This document shows, one piece after another, positions 23,938-34,980 of a stretch of DNA of 64,000 nucleotides. A program made the translations under genes and the position numbers. This DNA comes from Squalus acanthias. Lineage: Eukaryota. Each line of letters begins with the position of its first letter. Position 1 is the first letter of the stretch. Location of the stretch: positions 71,178,001-71,242,000 of the forward strand of contig CM059438.1 of NCBI GenBank assembly GCA_030390025.1, in the 5' to 3' direction. The notes beneath the pieces are model-generated. The model was not told the DNA's origin and did not search any database. It saw nothing but the letters and a program-made list of their open reading frames with translations.

Positions 23938-24700
23938 CTTCTTTCCAGTCAAGTCTCTCGCTTGCCTCTCAAGTCTCTCTCTCTCTGTCCCTTTCACTCA
24001 CTCCCTCTCTCTTTGACTCTCTCTCTCTCTGTCTCGCTCTCTCTCTCGCTCACGAGTTTCCTCTTCTGCCGCCTCAGCCACAATGATCCGCTACACAGAA
24101 CCTTTTTTCTTAATAAGACACGACCCCTTTTCTTGCCTCCCCCCCTCTAAATACGCACTTGAAACAGAGATGGGTAAACAAGAATATGCTAATTTATCAG
24201 GCTGCACCAGCTAAAGCACCACCTTCCTAAATGTTTCCATTGAAAGGATTCTAGTAAGGATGACTAATCAATCAGTTTGAAAACACCAAATTGCCCACTT
24301 CAATCCCTCCACAAACTGCTTGAGGTGCCCTGACCGAGACAGACAGCGAGGGAGAGAGCATTGGGTTTAATTTAGACCTGTGACTTTCTGCAACGCAAGA
24401 TTCACTCACAATCCAGGGAGGGGAGAGAGAGAAAAAAACCGAACTTTTATTTTTTAAATGAAGTTGCATTATTGCATTTAAAAAAAAATAGAATTCAACG
24501 TGAGGTCGCCCTCAGCGATATGTCAGACGGGCTAAGCTTGAGGTGATGTTTCCCCTTTACGTGATGTCTCCTGCTTTTTAAAAAAAAAGAAAGCTTCTTG
24601 TTAAATATTTTTTGTTTTGCCCTCGCGTGTTTTCAAATGCTGGGAGTCCGGGACGGTGTGTGGTTTTTGGCTGAGTTTTAGCTACAGGTGAACGGGCGAG
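23938..24700 (-). promoter_or_regulatory. Putative PAPPA 5'UTR and proximal promoter
   Basis: Directly upstream of the ATG and free of transposons. Contains a (GA)n-rich tract at 23973-24050 and motif matches: FOX GTAAACAA 24174-24181, octamer-like ATGCTAAT 24186-24193, AP-1-like TGACTAA 24261-24267, bZIP-like TTACGTGA 24557-24564. The TSS cannot be placed from sequence alone. Confidence 0.55.
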
Positions 24701-27700
24701 CTGCTGCCTCTTATGTATGAGTGTGTGTGTTTGTGTACAGAGATGGATGTGTGATTCGGGACGGTGCTCTAGGCTTTAGGTGCACGCTAGCTCCTCCAGA
24801 TGTTACTGCCTGGAAATTTCACTTCAAACACGCCGATCGCAGCTCCGTCTGAGAGCGCTTTCATCCGATCGGGGGCAAGTTTTGGGACTGAAAGGAAAGG
24901 GAGACCTTGATCGGAAATGTTTGGGTTTTTTAAGGTGAAAGAGGCTTTTCACTCAGACCTTGCCTCGCTCGATTTGACCTCTTAATGCTGAAAGAGAAAG
25001 CAAGCGACCAGTGGGAAACTATCAGTATTTTTCCACCTCTTGCATTTTGAAAGAATTTCTATCTTATGTTTTTGTATAAACGAGCGAGAGAGAAATAAAA
25101 GGTGGAACATGCAGTTCAGAGAAATGGATTGAAGGCTGCGAGGGTTCGCCTGAGGTTTATAGTTGTGAGGTGTCCCACATAATCCGATTACTGGTGAACG
25201 AGTGGAGGGGAAATAAACAGGGAACATGCGTTCAGGGTTTACCTTAAACCCGAATAACAAAAGCTGGGAACTGTACTAGTTTGCACTCTCCCTTGTTCTA
25301 AACCGGCTCCTTTTAAGAACCAGCTCCAACCTCCTTTCCCAAAAGGTCGACCGAAAGGCCGCAGTATGAAGGACATTGCCCGGGGAGCGATGTGTCCCTC
25401 CCCCCCACGATGTTAGGTGCGGGACTTTGTAACGACTTCCACAGCTCCGGCTGGATGAGACCTGCCACTGGGCTGTGAATTAAGAGCGCTTGGAAGGTTT
25501 GAAGGCGCTTGTGATGTTGGACCCTGCTCCGGGTCCTCCTGCACTGCATTGGTCAGACGCGAGTTCCTCCCACACCCTCAGCCTCCAATGTAGACGGAGA
25601 AATGAAACGAAACGATAGCCAATGAGGCTTGCGTCATGTTCCAGCGTTTCTCCGGCTACCTACAACAGGCTGGGGGGGCCGAAAAGCGCTGTGATTTTGC
25701 AGCGGGTGGAGGGAAGGACATATATATAGGGGAATATTTAATAATGGCTCGTTTTAAGAATTATACATAGACTTGTGCACTAAACGCATTCTTTCCTGCG
25801 GTTTCATCGCCCCTGTGAGAAAGTAACGGCTCCTGCCTCAGTAAATCGCTCTGATCATTACATTGAACTCATTTCGTTGCACACCAATAGGTTGAGTGTA
25901 TCTACGAACGAAGGTGCTTCCTTATTAACTATACTGTCATTCTCGTTGAACTCTGTTGCAGAAAGGATTTATACCGAACTCATTTATAGAATAATTTTCT
26001 AAATAACGGTTAGTTGCCAAAGTTAGTGCAAACTCTATTCGAAGAAGGTGCATTGCGAGGGAACTATTCTTTTCAGTCTTCAGACTTCCTTAACTTCACC
26101 CAGTTACAGCAACAGATAAAGTTATCAGTGCAGGTTTAATCCGCCGATTGTGTGCAATCGATTGTCAAGTTGGTTGGTTTCAATAATTGATATCTTCTGA
26201 CGTGAAACGAGAAGGATCCAATTTGATTTCCTCGCCTCTGCCTCTCCTCCTCCCACCTTTCCCAACAACACTTTACACACATACACGAATGGAACTAGAT
26301 GTGAAGGCGAAATCCAATTTTTAAACTTTATAATCTGACTTTAGAACTTGTTTCGATCAATAGTTTTACTCTGGCCATTGTGGTATCACAGATGCAGCAG
26401 TAATGTGTATTTCTCAGTCTAACATTTAAAAGAGCGTTCCTGACAGGATTAAAACAAAATATAATCGTTTCCCACGGTGACATTTTATACATAGCACGGA
26501 GCACATTTTGTGGCATAGGACGAGCAACAGCGTGTGTTTATTTGCCCCCTTTTTTTAATGAAATGGTTTGCAAAGAATTCTAACTCAGCGTGTCATGTTT
26601 AATTTAGATGTATTTCTCTTCAGGATAAGGGAGATGAATTGCTACACTCAGCTCAAATTACACTTGCAGTATCTCCCGAGTAAAGGGTCATATCACTACT
26701 GGCGCTAATGGAGCTCTTTAGCGCTGAGGATTCAGCACTCCTCCCAGTTCGTTCCGCAATGATGTCATTACAGTGGGCGTTTTTACAAATCTATAATATA
26801 AACATAAACAAAAAAAAAATCAACCCACTGGCAGTTCTTATTGACAAAGTCCGATTTAAAAATATTTACTAATGGGCGAGACTCAATAGTTGAGCTCTCT
26901 GTGATATATTCTCCACACGCTTGTCACTTTGTTATCGCGCAATGTCCGACCAATTCGTAAAATGTGTTTACACAGCGACATGACTGAAGAGAATTGTAAA
27001 TTGCAGAACGAACCATCTACAGCACCCGTCAGCCTAGTGAACGAGTTATGTCTTTAAACGTCACAACAACTTACTTTCAGAGTTTGTCATCAATATTGCT
27101 CTCAGTAAGAGAGGTGACGGCTCCAGATCTCCCAGTGAACTAACTATCGAACGAACTAACCCAATAAAACGCGACGTGCCCCCCCTCCCGCTCACTGTTG
27201 CCGGTTGGTGCAAAGAGCCGCGGTTTTGCCAGCGACAGCGAGTTGCCGCTGATGGACACGGTGCTGCGCTATAGGCTGAGCTCATTGAGATCTTTGAAAT
27301 GATGAGTAGGCCCTGACTGTTCAGTGAGTTGCTAATTGATTGAAAGTGGCCGGCTTCTGAGCTCTCCCACGCAGTTTTTTTTTTGAAACGGCAAAATACC
27401 GAATTGCCCCCCCCACCCCCCCTCCTCCACTTTTCTTTTTTTTTCATTTCATTTCCCACCCCTGCAGTGAGTCACCTCCTTACTCAGCGCCATTTGAACA
27501 TGATCTCAATGCAGAACTCAGAAAACACACACACAGTGCGAAGTCTGCAGTAGTGAGAGCAATGGGACCTCACAGACCACTCACAACCAGATTGAAGGTG
27601 TATTGGAATCGCCACGTATACGGTTTGGGCAGCTAACTTTTACATGTGAAAAGTTTTTGGGGCGGGTAGGAAATAACCATTCACCGGTTTAATCCCTCAA

Positions 27701-30700
27701 GGTCTTCAAATGCTAATCGACACAATTTTTGCCATCATTTATTTTCAGCATGAGAATGAGATCGGAGTACAATAGCCTTAATGAATAGATGGGGACAATT
27801 TGCAAGAGAAAAGCGAAGATGTATGGGGAGCTCCCGGGTTGATTTTTTTTAGGTAATTCTCACTCGGGGAGGAGTTGGGTACCCCTGATACTTTGTTTGA
27901 CTTAGATTGACCACACTTATGAAGGCAGCTTCATCTGTTCCTGGGATGTTCAATGTGTTATCGGTCGCCCTGGAATAAACACTCCTAATGCCGGCGTGTA
28001 AGTGGTTTTGTTCACATGATTTCCCACCATTTTCACGTCAAACTCTAGAACTTCTTATTCCTGTTTTTGCAACACTGACGCAGGGAAATTAAAAGTCTTG
28101 TGCATTACCTGGAAGAGGCTTTGAAGCATTTCCGAGGAAAGCGAATCAATGGGCAAATTGAATTTTAATGGTGCTATGATAGCAAAATAAAATGATTTCG
28201 GCTAATCGATGTCAACCGAAATGACCTAATAATTTAACCATTAGCATGCTGAGAGTTTCAGTGTTTGGTTGGTGCTGAATCGTTCATTGCTCATTATGCT
28301 TCAATGCAAAATTGAACAGGATTGATTTGATTTGGATGAATTTGACTCAATCATCTGAAGTGCAACATTGTTACTTTCCTATTGCAGAAACAAAGGGCTT
28401 GAACAAACTTTGATTCAGCCGTGTAACTATTTAAAAGTAGATTACAGTACCGAGATTATACTCGGCCCCCTAATAAAAACGTGCAAATAAGTAGCTTTAC
28501 AAAGTTAGTTCTTTGACAGACCTCCCAGGAGACTGGGACTGAGAGTAAAACTTGCAAAGCCCCCAAAATTCCAAAACTGCATTAATAATTTTAACATCTG
28601 TTTGAAAATCTTCACGAGCAAGCCAAATGCGGAATGACTTGCTTTTAAAGCGGTCTGACGGTTCGCCCACTGACAGGGAGTGACTTCGGCACACTGAAGT
28701 TGTCTTGTTTGTCCATGAAAGCTGCTTGGTGTGTAGATAAAACATCTGGACTATATATAAATGAAGAGGTCCCGTTGTCCCTTTGGCAAAGGCAGTGCGA
28801 AGCTGCGTGGCAGACAATTTCGATTATACATTCAGTTTGCGTGGTCTAATAGATTAGAATACAGAGGGGCCTGCTTCAAGTTTGTTGTCAGACCGAATAA
28901 AATGGGAGGAAAAGTATTCCTATATTTAGTAGAAAACTGGAACAATGTATCCAATGCTGTCATGGAATTCTCTTCACAGAGCAACCTGAATAATAGACAG
29001 CCCAGCTGAAGCTTTCTTCATTCCAGTTTTCTCTCGCAGTTTAAAAGCATGTGTACAGCTCTTGGTTTTACTCTCAAGTGGTTCAAGGTGCACTGTACAC
29101 GGTGGCACAAATCAACTAGGTCACTTGGCAAATATAGCGTGCGTTTTACAAAACAAATCGTTTCAGCATGGACCTGACCTGGAAATTTTCAATTTGGCTG
29201 AATTAGGAAAATATATTTGTTCGACTGCACGTGTGAAAGCTCTGGTGAAAGAGAGTTTGGGGTTTGGCCTAAATAAATGTTCAGAACTATACTACTTCCA
29301 AATTATTGTAGTTTTATGAGTATTTTTAAATTTTGTAATGGTAATGACTTACTCCACTTGTAGACCAATAAATCAGCATTTTATTGTCCTGCATTGTATT
29401 TTTAAATAGCACACTGCTCAGTTTTCATGTTTTTTACTATGGTTGAATCATGTAAAGTTTTCCTTAAATGCATGATTTAAACTTTTGAATTGCAACTTGT
29501 CTAGCATGCATGAAATTTCACCTTGGATCAGTAATAGTTTATATTATAATGGAGTATCCAGTCCAGAGCCCATGGAAAAATAATTTGGTATTGATATTAC
29601 TTCACGTTAAATTAAATAAGTAAAGTTAGTCTTGAGACTGAAAATGAAATATCAGGTACAGAGAACAACTTTTAATTCTTGTCTGTTGCAAGTTGTAATT
29701 AATCCAGCATATGAGTAGCATTCAAACATGATGCACACAACAGTAATGCTGACTTGAGGAGGTAATCAAAATAAATACAGGTAGTGTTTGCAGCAGTGTG
29801 AAACATTAAAGCTGCATTGTTTCGAGTGCTAAATATCAGCCTCCTCAAAGTGACTGAGCCACACAGACCACAAAGGGCTTAAATGTGAGTTAAGTAACCA
29901 CAGCTGGAGTGGCATTGGGATGCTACAATGTGCCTCAGCAATCTTGAGCTGTGGAGGACCAAATCAGCCCTGGTTCTTATTCTTAGCTGTCTTGCTGGAA
30001 AATGTGCATGCATGAACGTTGAGTGAGGATGGGATTGGCATCAGATGCAAAGCCCTTCCATGGTTGAAAAGCCAACTGACAGTCACTGGTAGGCTTACAA
30101 ATTTAAACTTTATGCTGCATTTTATATAGTAGCTTTCTTCTGAAGTGACTTTTAATTAAAAAAAAGGGTTCCTTTGCTTCAAAGGAGTTATCTTGCCTTT
30201 GTTCCTGTGAATTGGATTAGTTAGGTCCTGTATTTTAAGGACTGGGTCTCTGTAAATTGGTCTCAACCATTCAATTCACAACCAGGAATTGTGTATATGA
30301 ATTTCATGACTGTGTAAAGTCTGGTTTTGTTGTGTTTTTATATTAAAACTAGCTAACTGGTTATGCATCAAAGTGGATTAGTCCTAAAGTTACAAAATGT
30401 TATTCTGTTGCATTTTCATTTGAAAAGCATGCTTTCCTTCTTCCAAGAGGTCACTGCTGGTTTCTAAATGCTGTCTAGTGTAAAGAGCTCCAGGAATGTT
30501 TTGTGTATGTATTCCAAATGTAACACTCTAGCTGATAGATATTAATCAAAGTAAGGGACGGAAAGAAAAGAACTTGCATTTATATAGCACCTTTCATGAC
30601 CTCAGAACGTCCCAAAGAGCATGAGAAGATTGGACTTATAATATTCACTGTGCTAGTTCTCTGGACTTTTTCTGTTGTAATACTAAGAAACTAGTCTAAC

Positions 30701-30779
30701 TGCTCGAGAAGGGTTGATGAGAACTTAAATGAACTGCATGTTATAAATCCTAGTTTTCTTGTATTCAAATATTTGGCCA

Positions 30780-31190
30780 ATTTATTGTATTTCCCTTGTG
30801 ATTTCAAGTCATGCATGAGGCAGAACTTCTTGCAACTCAACATTGGTAAGATCAAAACCATCTGTTTGGCCCCAATCCCATCCCCCATCCTGGATACCTG
30901 CTAAAGCTCAACCCAATAGTGCACAAGCTTAGGTGTCCTACTTGACTCTGAACTAAGCTTCATGCCTGACATCCAGTTCATCACCAAACATATCTACTTC
31001 CATCACTGAAACATCAACTATCCCCATCCCTAGCTGCCAAATGCTACCAAAACCCCATCTATTCTTTGTCAACTTGATTTTTCCAATGTCCTCTGTGCTG
31101 GTCTCCTGCATTCCAACCAACTCATCCAGAACTCCACTGTTCTATTCTGCACATAAACCTTATCATTTCTATCCCCTATCCTTGCCCACC
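30780..31190 (+). mobile_element. Old L2 LINE fragment
   Basis: ATGAGGCAGAACTTCTTGCAACTCAACATTGGTAAG (MRQNFLQLNIGK) matches the RT C-terminus of the L2 at 48854-50910. Confidence 0.65.
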
Positions 31191-31419
31191 TTCATCTTGT
31201 ATTTTTATAAGTCTACCAATATAAATACAATTGATTATATATTTATAGTCTGTCAAATCTCTGGTCTGTGTGTATTTGCTGTTATCCAATTAGACTGGAT
31301 ACATTATGGGAATCATATATAGATTCCAGTACACAAGTAATGCAATTGGGACAATTTCTAATCAGCTTGTCAACACACTCTGCAGGGGTAGAAGCAAAGG
31401 CACAGGAAGAACCCGTGAC

Positions 31420-31640
31420 TTCTTCCACCTAGAAGGACTTGGAAATATATCACCGATCCTTCATCGTCACTGGGTCAAAATCCTGGAACTCCCTCCCTAA
31501 CAGCACTGTGGGAGTACCTTCACCACACGGACTGCAGCGGTTCAAGAAGGCGGCTCACCACCACCTTCTCAAGGGCAACTAGGGATGGGCAATAAATGCT
31601 GGCATTGCCAGCGACGCCCCCACCCCAGAAATGAATACAT
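31420..31640 (+). mobile_element. 3' tail fragment of the family B LINE (or of a SINE sharing that tail)
   Basis: Matches 18225-18430. Further tail fragments at 34208-34327 and at 41570-42770 (interrupted by a MITE). Confidence 0.8.
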
Positions 31641-31847
31641 TTCAGATTGCAAGGTCCACTAATGCAAACCAGAGCTTGGCTATTGAACACAAAATCTGTG
31701 CAGAAGAATCGGAAACTGTAGAATGAAGTGAAAGTGGCTGTTTGGGATAGGCTGCATTTGCCTCTTGAGTCATAATCCAACAAGAGTCATTGCCTTTCAG
31801 GAGAGGAACAATGTTGAATGATTCTTTTCAAAGGTTCTTGAATTACA

Positions 31848-31991
31848 AAGGTCATTGAGAAAAAAATTATAAATGCAACCGCGATGATCTCTTCTGGTTA
31901 GCATTTCTAGCAAAACATTTATAATTCCACTAGAAATGCTGACCAGAGAAAATCCTCGTCAGTCCATTTATAATGTTGCTGCAATGACCTT
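31848..31991. repeat. Imperfect inverted repeat (about 62-bp arms, about 20-nt loop)
   Basis: The left arm AAGGTCATTG...TTATAAATG...TCTGGTTAGCATTTCTAG pairs with CTAGAAATGCTGACCAGA...CATTTATAA...CAATGACCTT. Confidence 0.8.
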
Positions 31992-32379
31992 CCCTTCCTT
32001 GGGCCTTCCTTTAATAGAATGTTATTTTTGCTTCATTGTTGATTTTGTATTGAATATTGAAAATATGCTGTAAAAGTTACAATTGTTTTAATGATCTTAG
32101 CTATCATCTTGTAACTGCATTTCAGGTTTATTTACTTTCTGCCTGTGTGGTAACATTGCTCATTCACAAGGTGGGGGCAAGTACCGATAATGAAGATATG
32201 GTTGCTGGCGAAACGTGCTCTAGTGCCAATAGTGGCAGTGCATTAAATTCCCAATCTGATGATCCTCATCAGATCTCAATTTTCATTCAGATCAGATTTT
32301 CCTCAATGGATCAGTTTAGGCAACATTTGGCCAGACCACAAGGTGAAAGTGTTTCATGAAAGGGGAAGGATGAACATAA

Positions 32380-32855
32380 AACCATCTCCTTTTGCCTTGC
32401 ACCATCATCCCTTTTGTCTTTTAATCTCTCCTGCCTTCCATCCTGTCACAGACCTTCTCTTTTGTTCTTTCCTCCCCTCTCCCCTTTCCCTGCCCCTGCA
32501 CTTGTTTAAAAATCTGTTACATCGCTAACTGTTTCCAGTTCTGACAGAGGGTCATCGTCCTGAAACTGTAACTCTGTTTCTCTCTCCACAGATGCTGCCT
32601 GACCTGTTGAGTATTTCCAGCATTTTCTGTTTTTATTTCAGATTTCCAGCATCCGCAGTATTTTGCTTTTTTAAACTGGCAGGACTAGTTCCATCCAATA
32701 AAAGTGGACTTCTTCGATAGCAAAATACTGCGGATGCTGGAAATCCGAAATAACAACAGAAAACGCTGGAAAAACTCAGCAGGCCAGGCACCATCCGTGG
32801 AGATGAAAGGTCATCGACCTGAAACGTTAACTCTCTTTCTCTCTCCACGGATGCT
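32380..32855. mobile_element. Family 1 pLTR (plus, 32380-32670) and a small inverted pLTR pair (32715-32855)
   Basis: Match to the PLE 3' end. The second insert is flanked by the 14-bp direct repeat AAAGTGGACTTCTT (32701-32714, 32856-32869). Confidence 0.85.
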
Positions 32856-33049
32856 AAAGTGGACTTCTTGTTAGCTGATCATCATTAAGTAACACTGATA
32901 GTTATGCACCTGATAACCTCACCCCGGTAATAGAATGAAGAATCATACTGGAGGTAAATAAGGTATATTGGTGGCGGGAAATAAATACTAAAAGAGAGAT
33001 GGGTTAGGGCTCAGGCTACACTAACTTGCTACTTTAAGGCATATCCTAC

Positions 33050-33180
33050 TTATTGACTATGAATGGAAGGGAAGATTCCAACCATTGGCTATGAATAGTG
33101 GGAAATTCCATCTATTGATTTTGAATGGAAAGGAAAACTCCACTCATTGACTTTGAATGATGCATACATTCCACCCATTC
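33050..33180. repeat. Degenerate minisatellite, about 4 units of 30-32 bp
   Basis: Recurring ATTG(A/G)(C/T)T(A/T)TGAAT...(A)TTCCA unit. Confidence 0.75.
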
Positions 33181-33443
33181 ACTGTGTGACCAATCTGTCC
33201 ATGGGACACTGCATCTTTTACAAATTCCTCACCTTATTCTTTGTAAAGTAAGAAGCCTCAGTGGAAACACCCTGTGTTGACCAAAGCATTCATTTTTTTT
33301 TACCAAATCACTCTTGTTAAGCAAACCCTATCAAAGAAGTATTTGTACTGACTAGTATAATATGCCTTGTTAGAGATAAATGGCAGGCACCCTTCAAAGG
33401 AATCTTTAGACAAGAAACCAAAAACATATTTCTAAAGCTTAAA

Positions 33444-33540
33444 CTAAAACAGAAAATGACAGAAACACTCAGCAGGCCAGTCAATATTTCTGAAGAAAAC
33501 CGACAAGTTGATGTTTCAGATGTGAACCCTTCATCAGAAC
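33444..33540 (-). mobile_element. Older, diverged pLTR fragment with a hammerhead-like core
   Basis: Minus strand GTT-CTGATGA-A-GGGT(TCAC)ATCT-GAAA-CA-TC-AAC, followed by the usual CTGCTGAGTGTTTC...CATTTTCTGTTT segment. Confidence 0.6.
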
Positions 33541-34741
33541 AAGCTTAGGCCATCTTAAATCAAAAGGGTATCAATATTTTAAATACAGAATGGATTCAAT
33601 ACATGATAAAAGTTACCACTTTGTTTAGGGTGCCACAGTTTGCTAAACTCAAAACAGGACAGAGGGGTGGGATTTTGAGTTTTGTTGTTAACTTTGCTGA
33701 TGATGAAAATTTATTGAAAACCTTAAAAACTAATCAATAAAAAGCACAGGAGTGGAAAATAGATATCTATTAAATAAAAGCAGAATAACGATGTCTGCTT
33801 TCCATTTTAGAGGTTTTTCCACACAGCTCACTCAAAAAACGATGTTACTGTTCAAACATGGATGGATGGGAACCCTAATTTTACAAGTAATTAGCCAATC
33901 ATTTCTTTCATACTAACATCAATTAGCGAGGTCTCCTTCTATACTGTACGCTCAATGCTGCTTTAAATAAGAATTGTTTTTCTCTTGCTCCTCACGCTTG
34001 GAATTAAAATGGCAAGCCAATTCATTCATATCATTAGTTGTACTGGTAAATGGAACTAAATTAAATAAAACAACATTTATAATAAAGCATAATATTAACT
34101 TTTTTCATAAGCACTATAAGAGATGGTGGAATGCTGACTAATGAGGTGGAATGCTGATCAGTGAATATCAGTGAATCCGATAGATCAGCCAGGTAAGTCT
34201 ACCTTTAAACTTGGAAATATATCGCCGTTCCTTCATCGTCGCTGGGTCAAAATCCTGGAACTCCCTCCCTAACAGCACTGTGGGCGTACTTTCACCTCAC
34301 AGACTGCAGTGGTTCAAGAAGGCGGCTTTATATAAAAAGTACAAAATGTCACCATTTTGGGAGGGAGAAGGATTATGCAGCTTTTTTATTGTGACAATAT
34401 ATTCAAGCGACCAATTACACATTTGTAATTAAATAATGCTTTTCAGTCCAATTCCGGTCATAATATCACGTGCTTAAAAAAAAGTTTGCCAAACATTTCC
34501 AATTGGCAGCGATAACCCCTTTAACTCACATGTACTAGTAGATTTTCATTAGATAATAAGGGACTGCTCTTTTGGAGCATGTCAACTCAAAACAATCATA
34601 ATTGCTATACTTTGTGTATAAAATCCTAATCAGTAGCCTTTAGAGCTGTGCACACAGAGCTGGGTGAATCTGCTAAGTGGAATAGCATACTAAACAGAGT
34701 GGCGACGGGAATTTTGTGAGAGTGGGAATTCACTGGTAAGT

Positions 34742-34980
34742 AAGAAAGACTTGCATTTATATAGCGCCTTTCACGATCACTGGACATCCCAAAGTACTTT
34801 ACAGCCACTGAAGTACTTTTTTGAAGTGTAGTCACTGTTGTAATGTAGGAAACGTGGTAGTCAATTTGTGCACTGCAAGCTCCCACAAACAGCAATGTGT
34901 TAATAACCAGATCATCTGTTTTTAGTGATGTTGGTTGAGCGATAAATATTGACCAGGACACTGGGGATAACTCCCCTGCA
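34742..34980 (-). mobile_element. Deu-domain SINE, 3' half
   Basis: Matches 4280-4510. Shorter tail fragments at about 1411-1490 and 30560-30620. Confidence 0.85.

Noticed and set aside
23938..23997. 20-aa N-terminal extension of the 214-aa ORF
   Set aside because: Starts at a GTG in a GA repeat. The ATG at 23937 gives a proper signal peptide and matches the known N-terminus.
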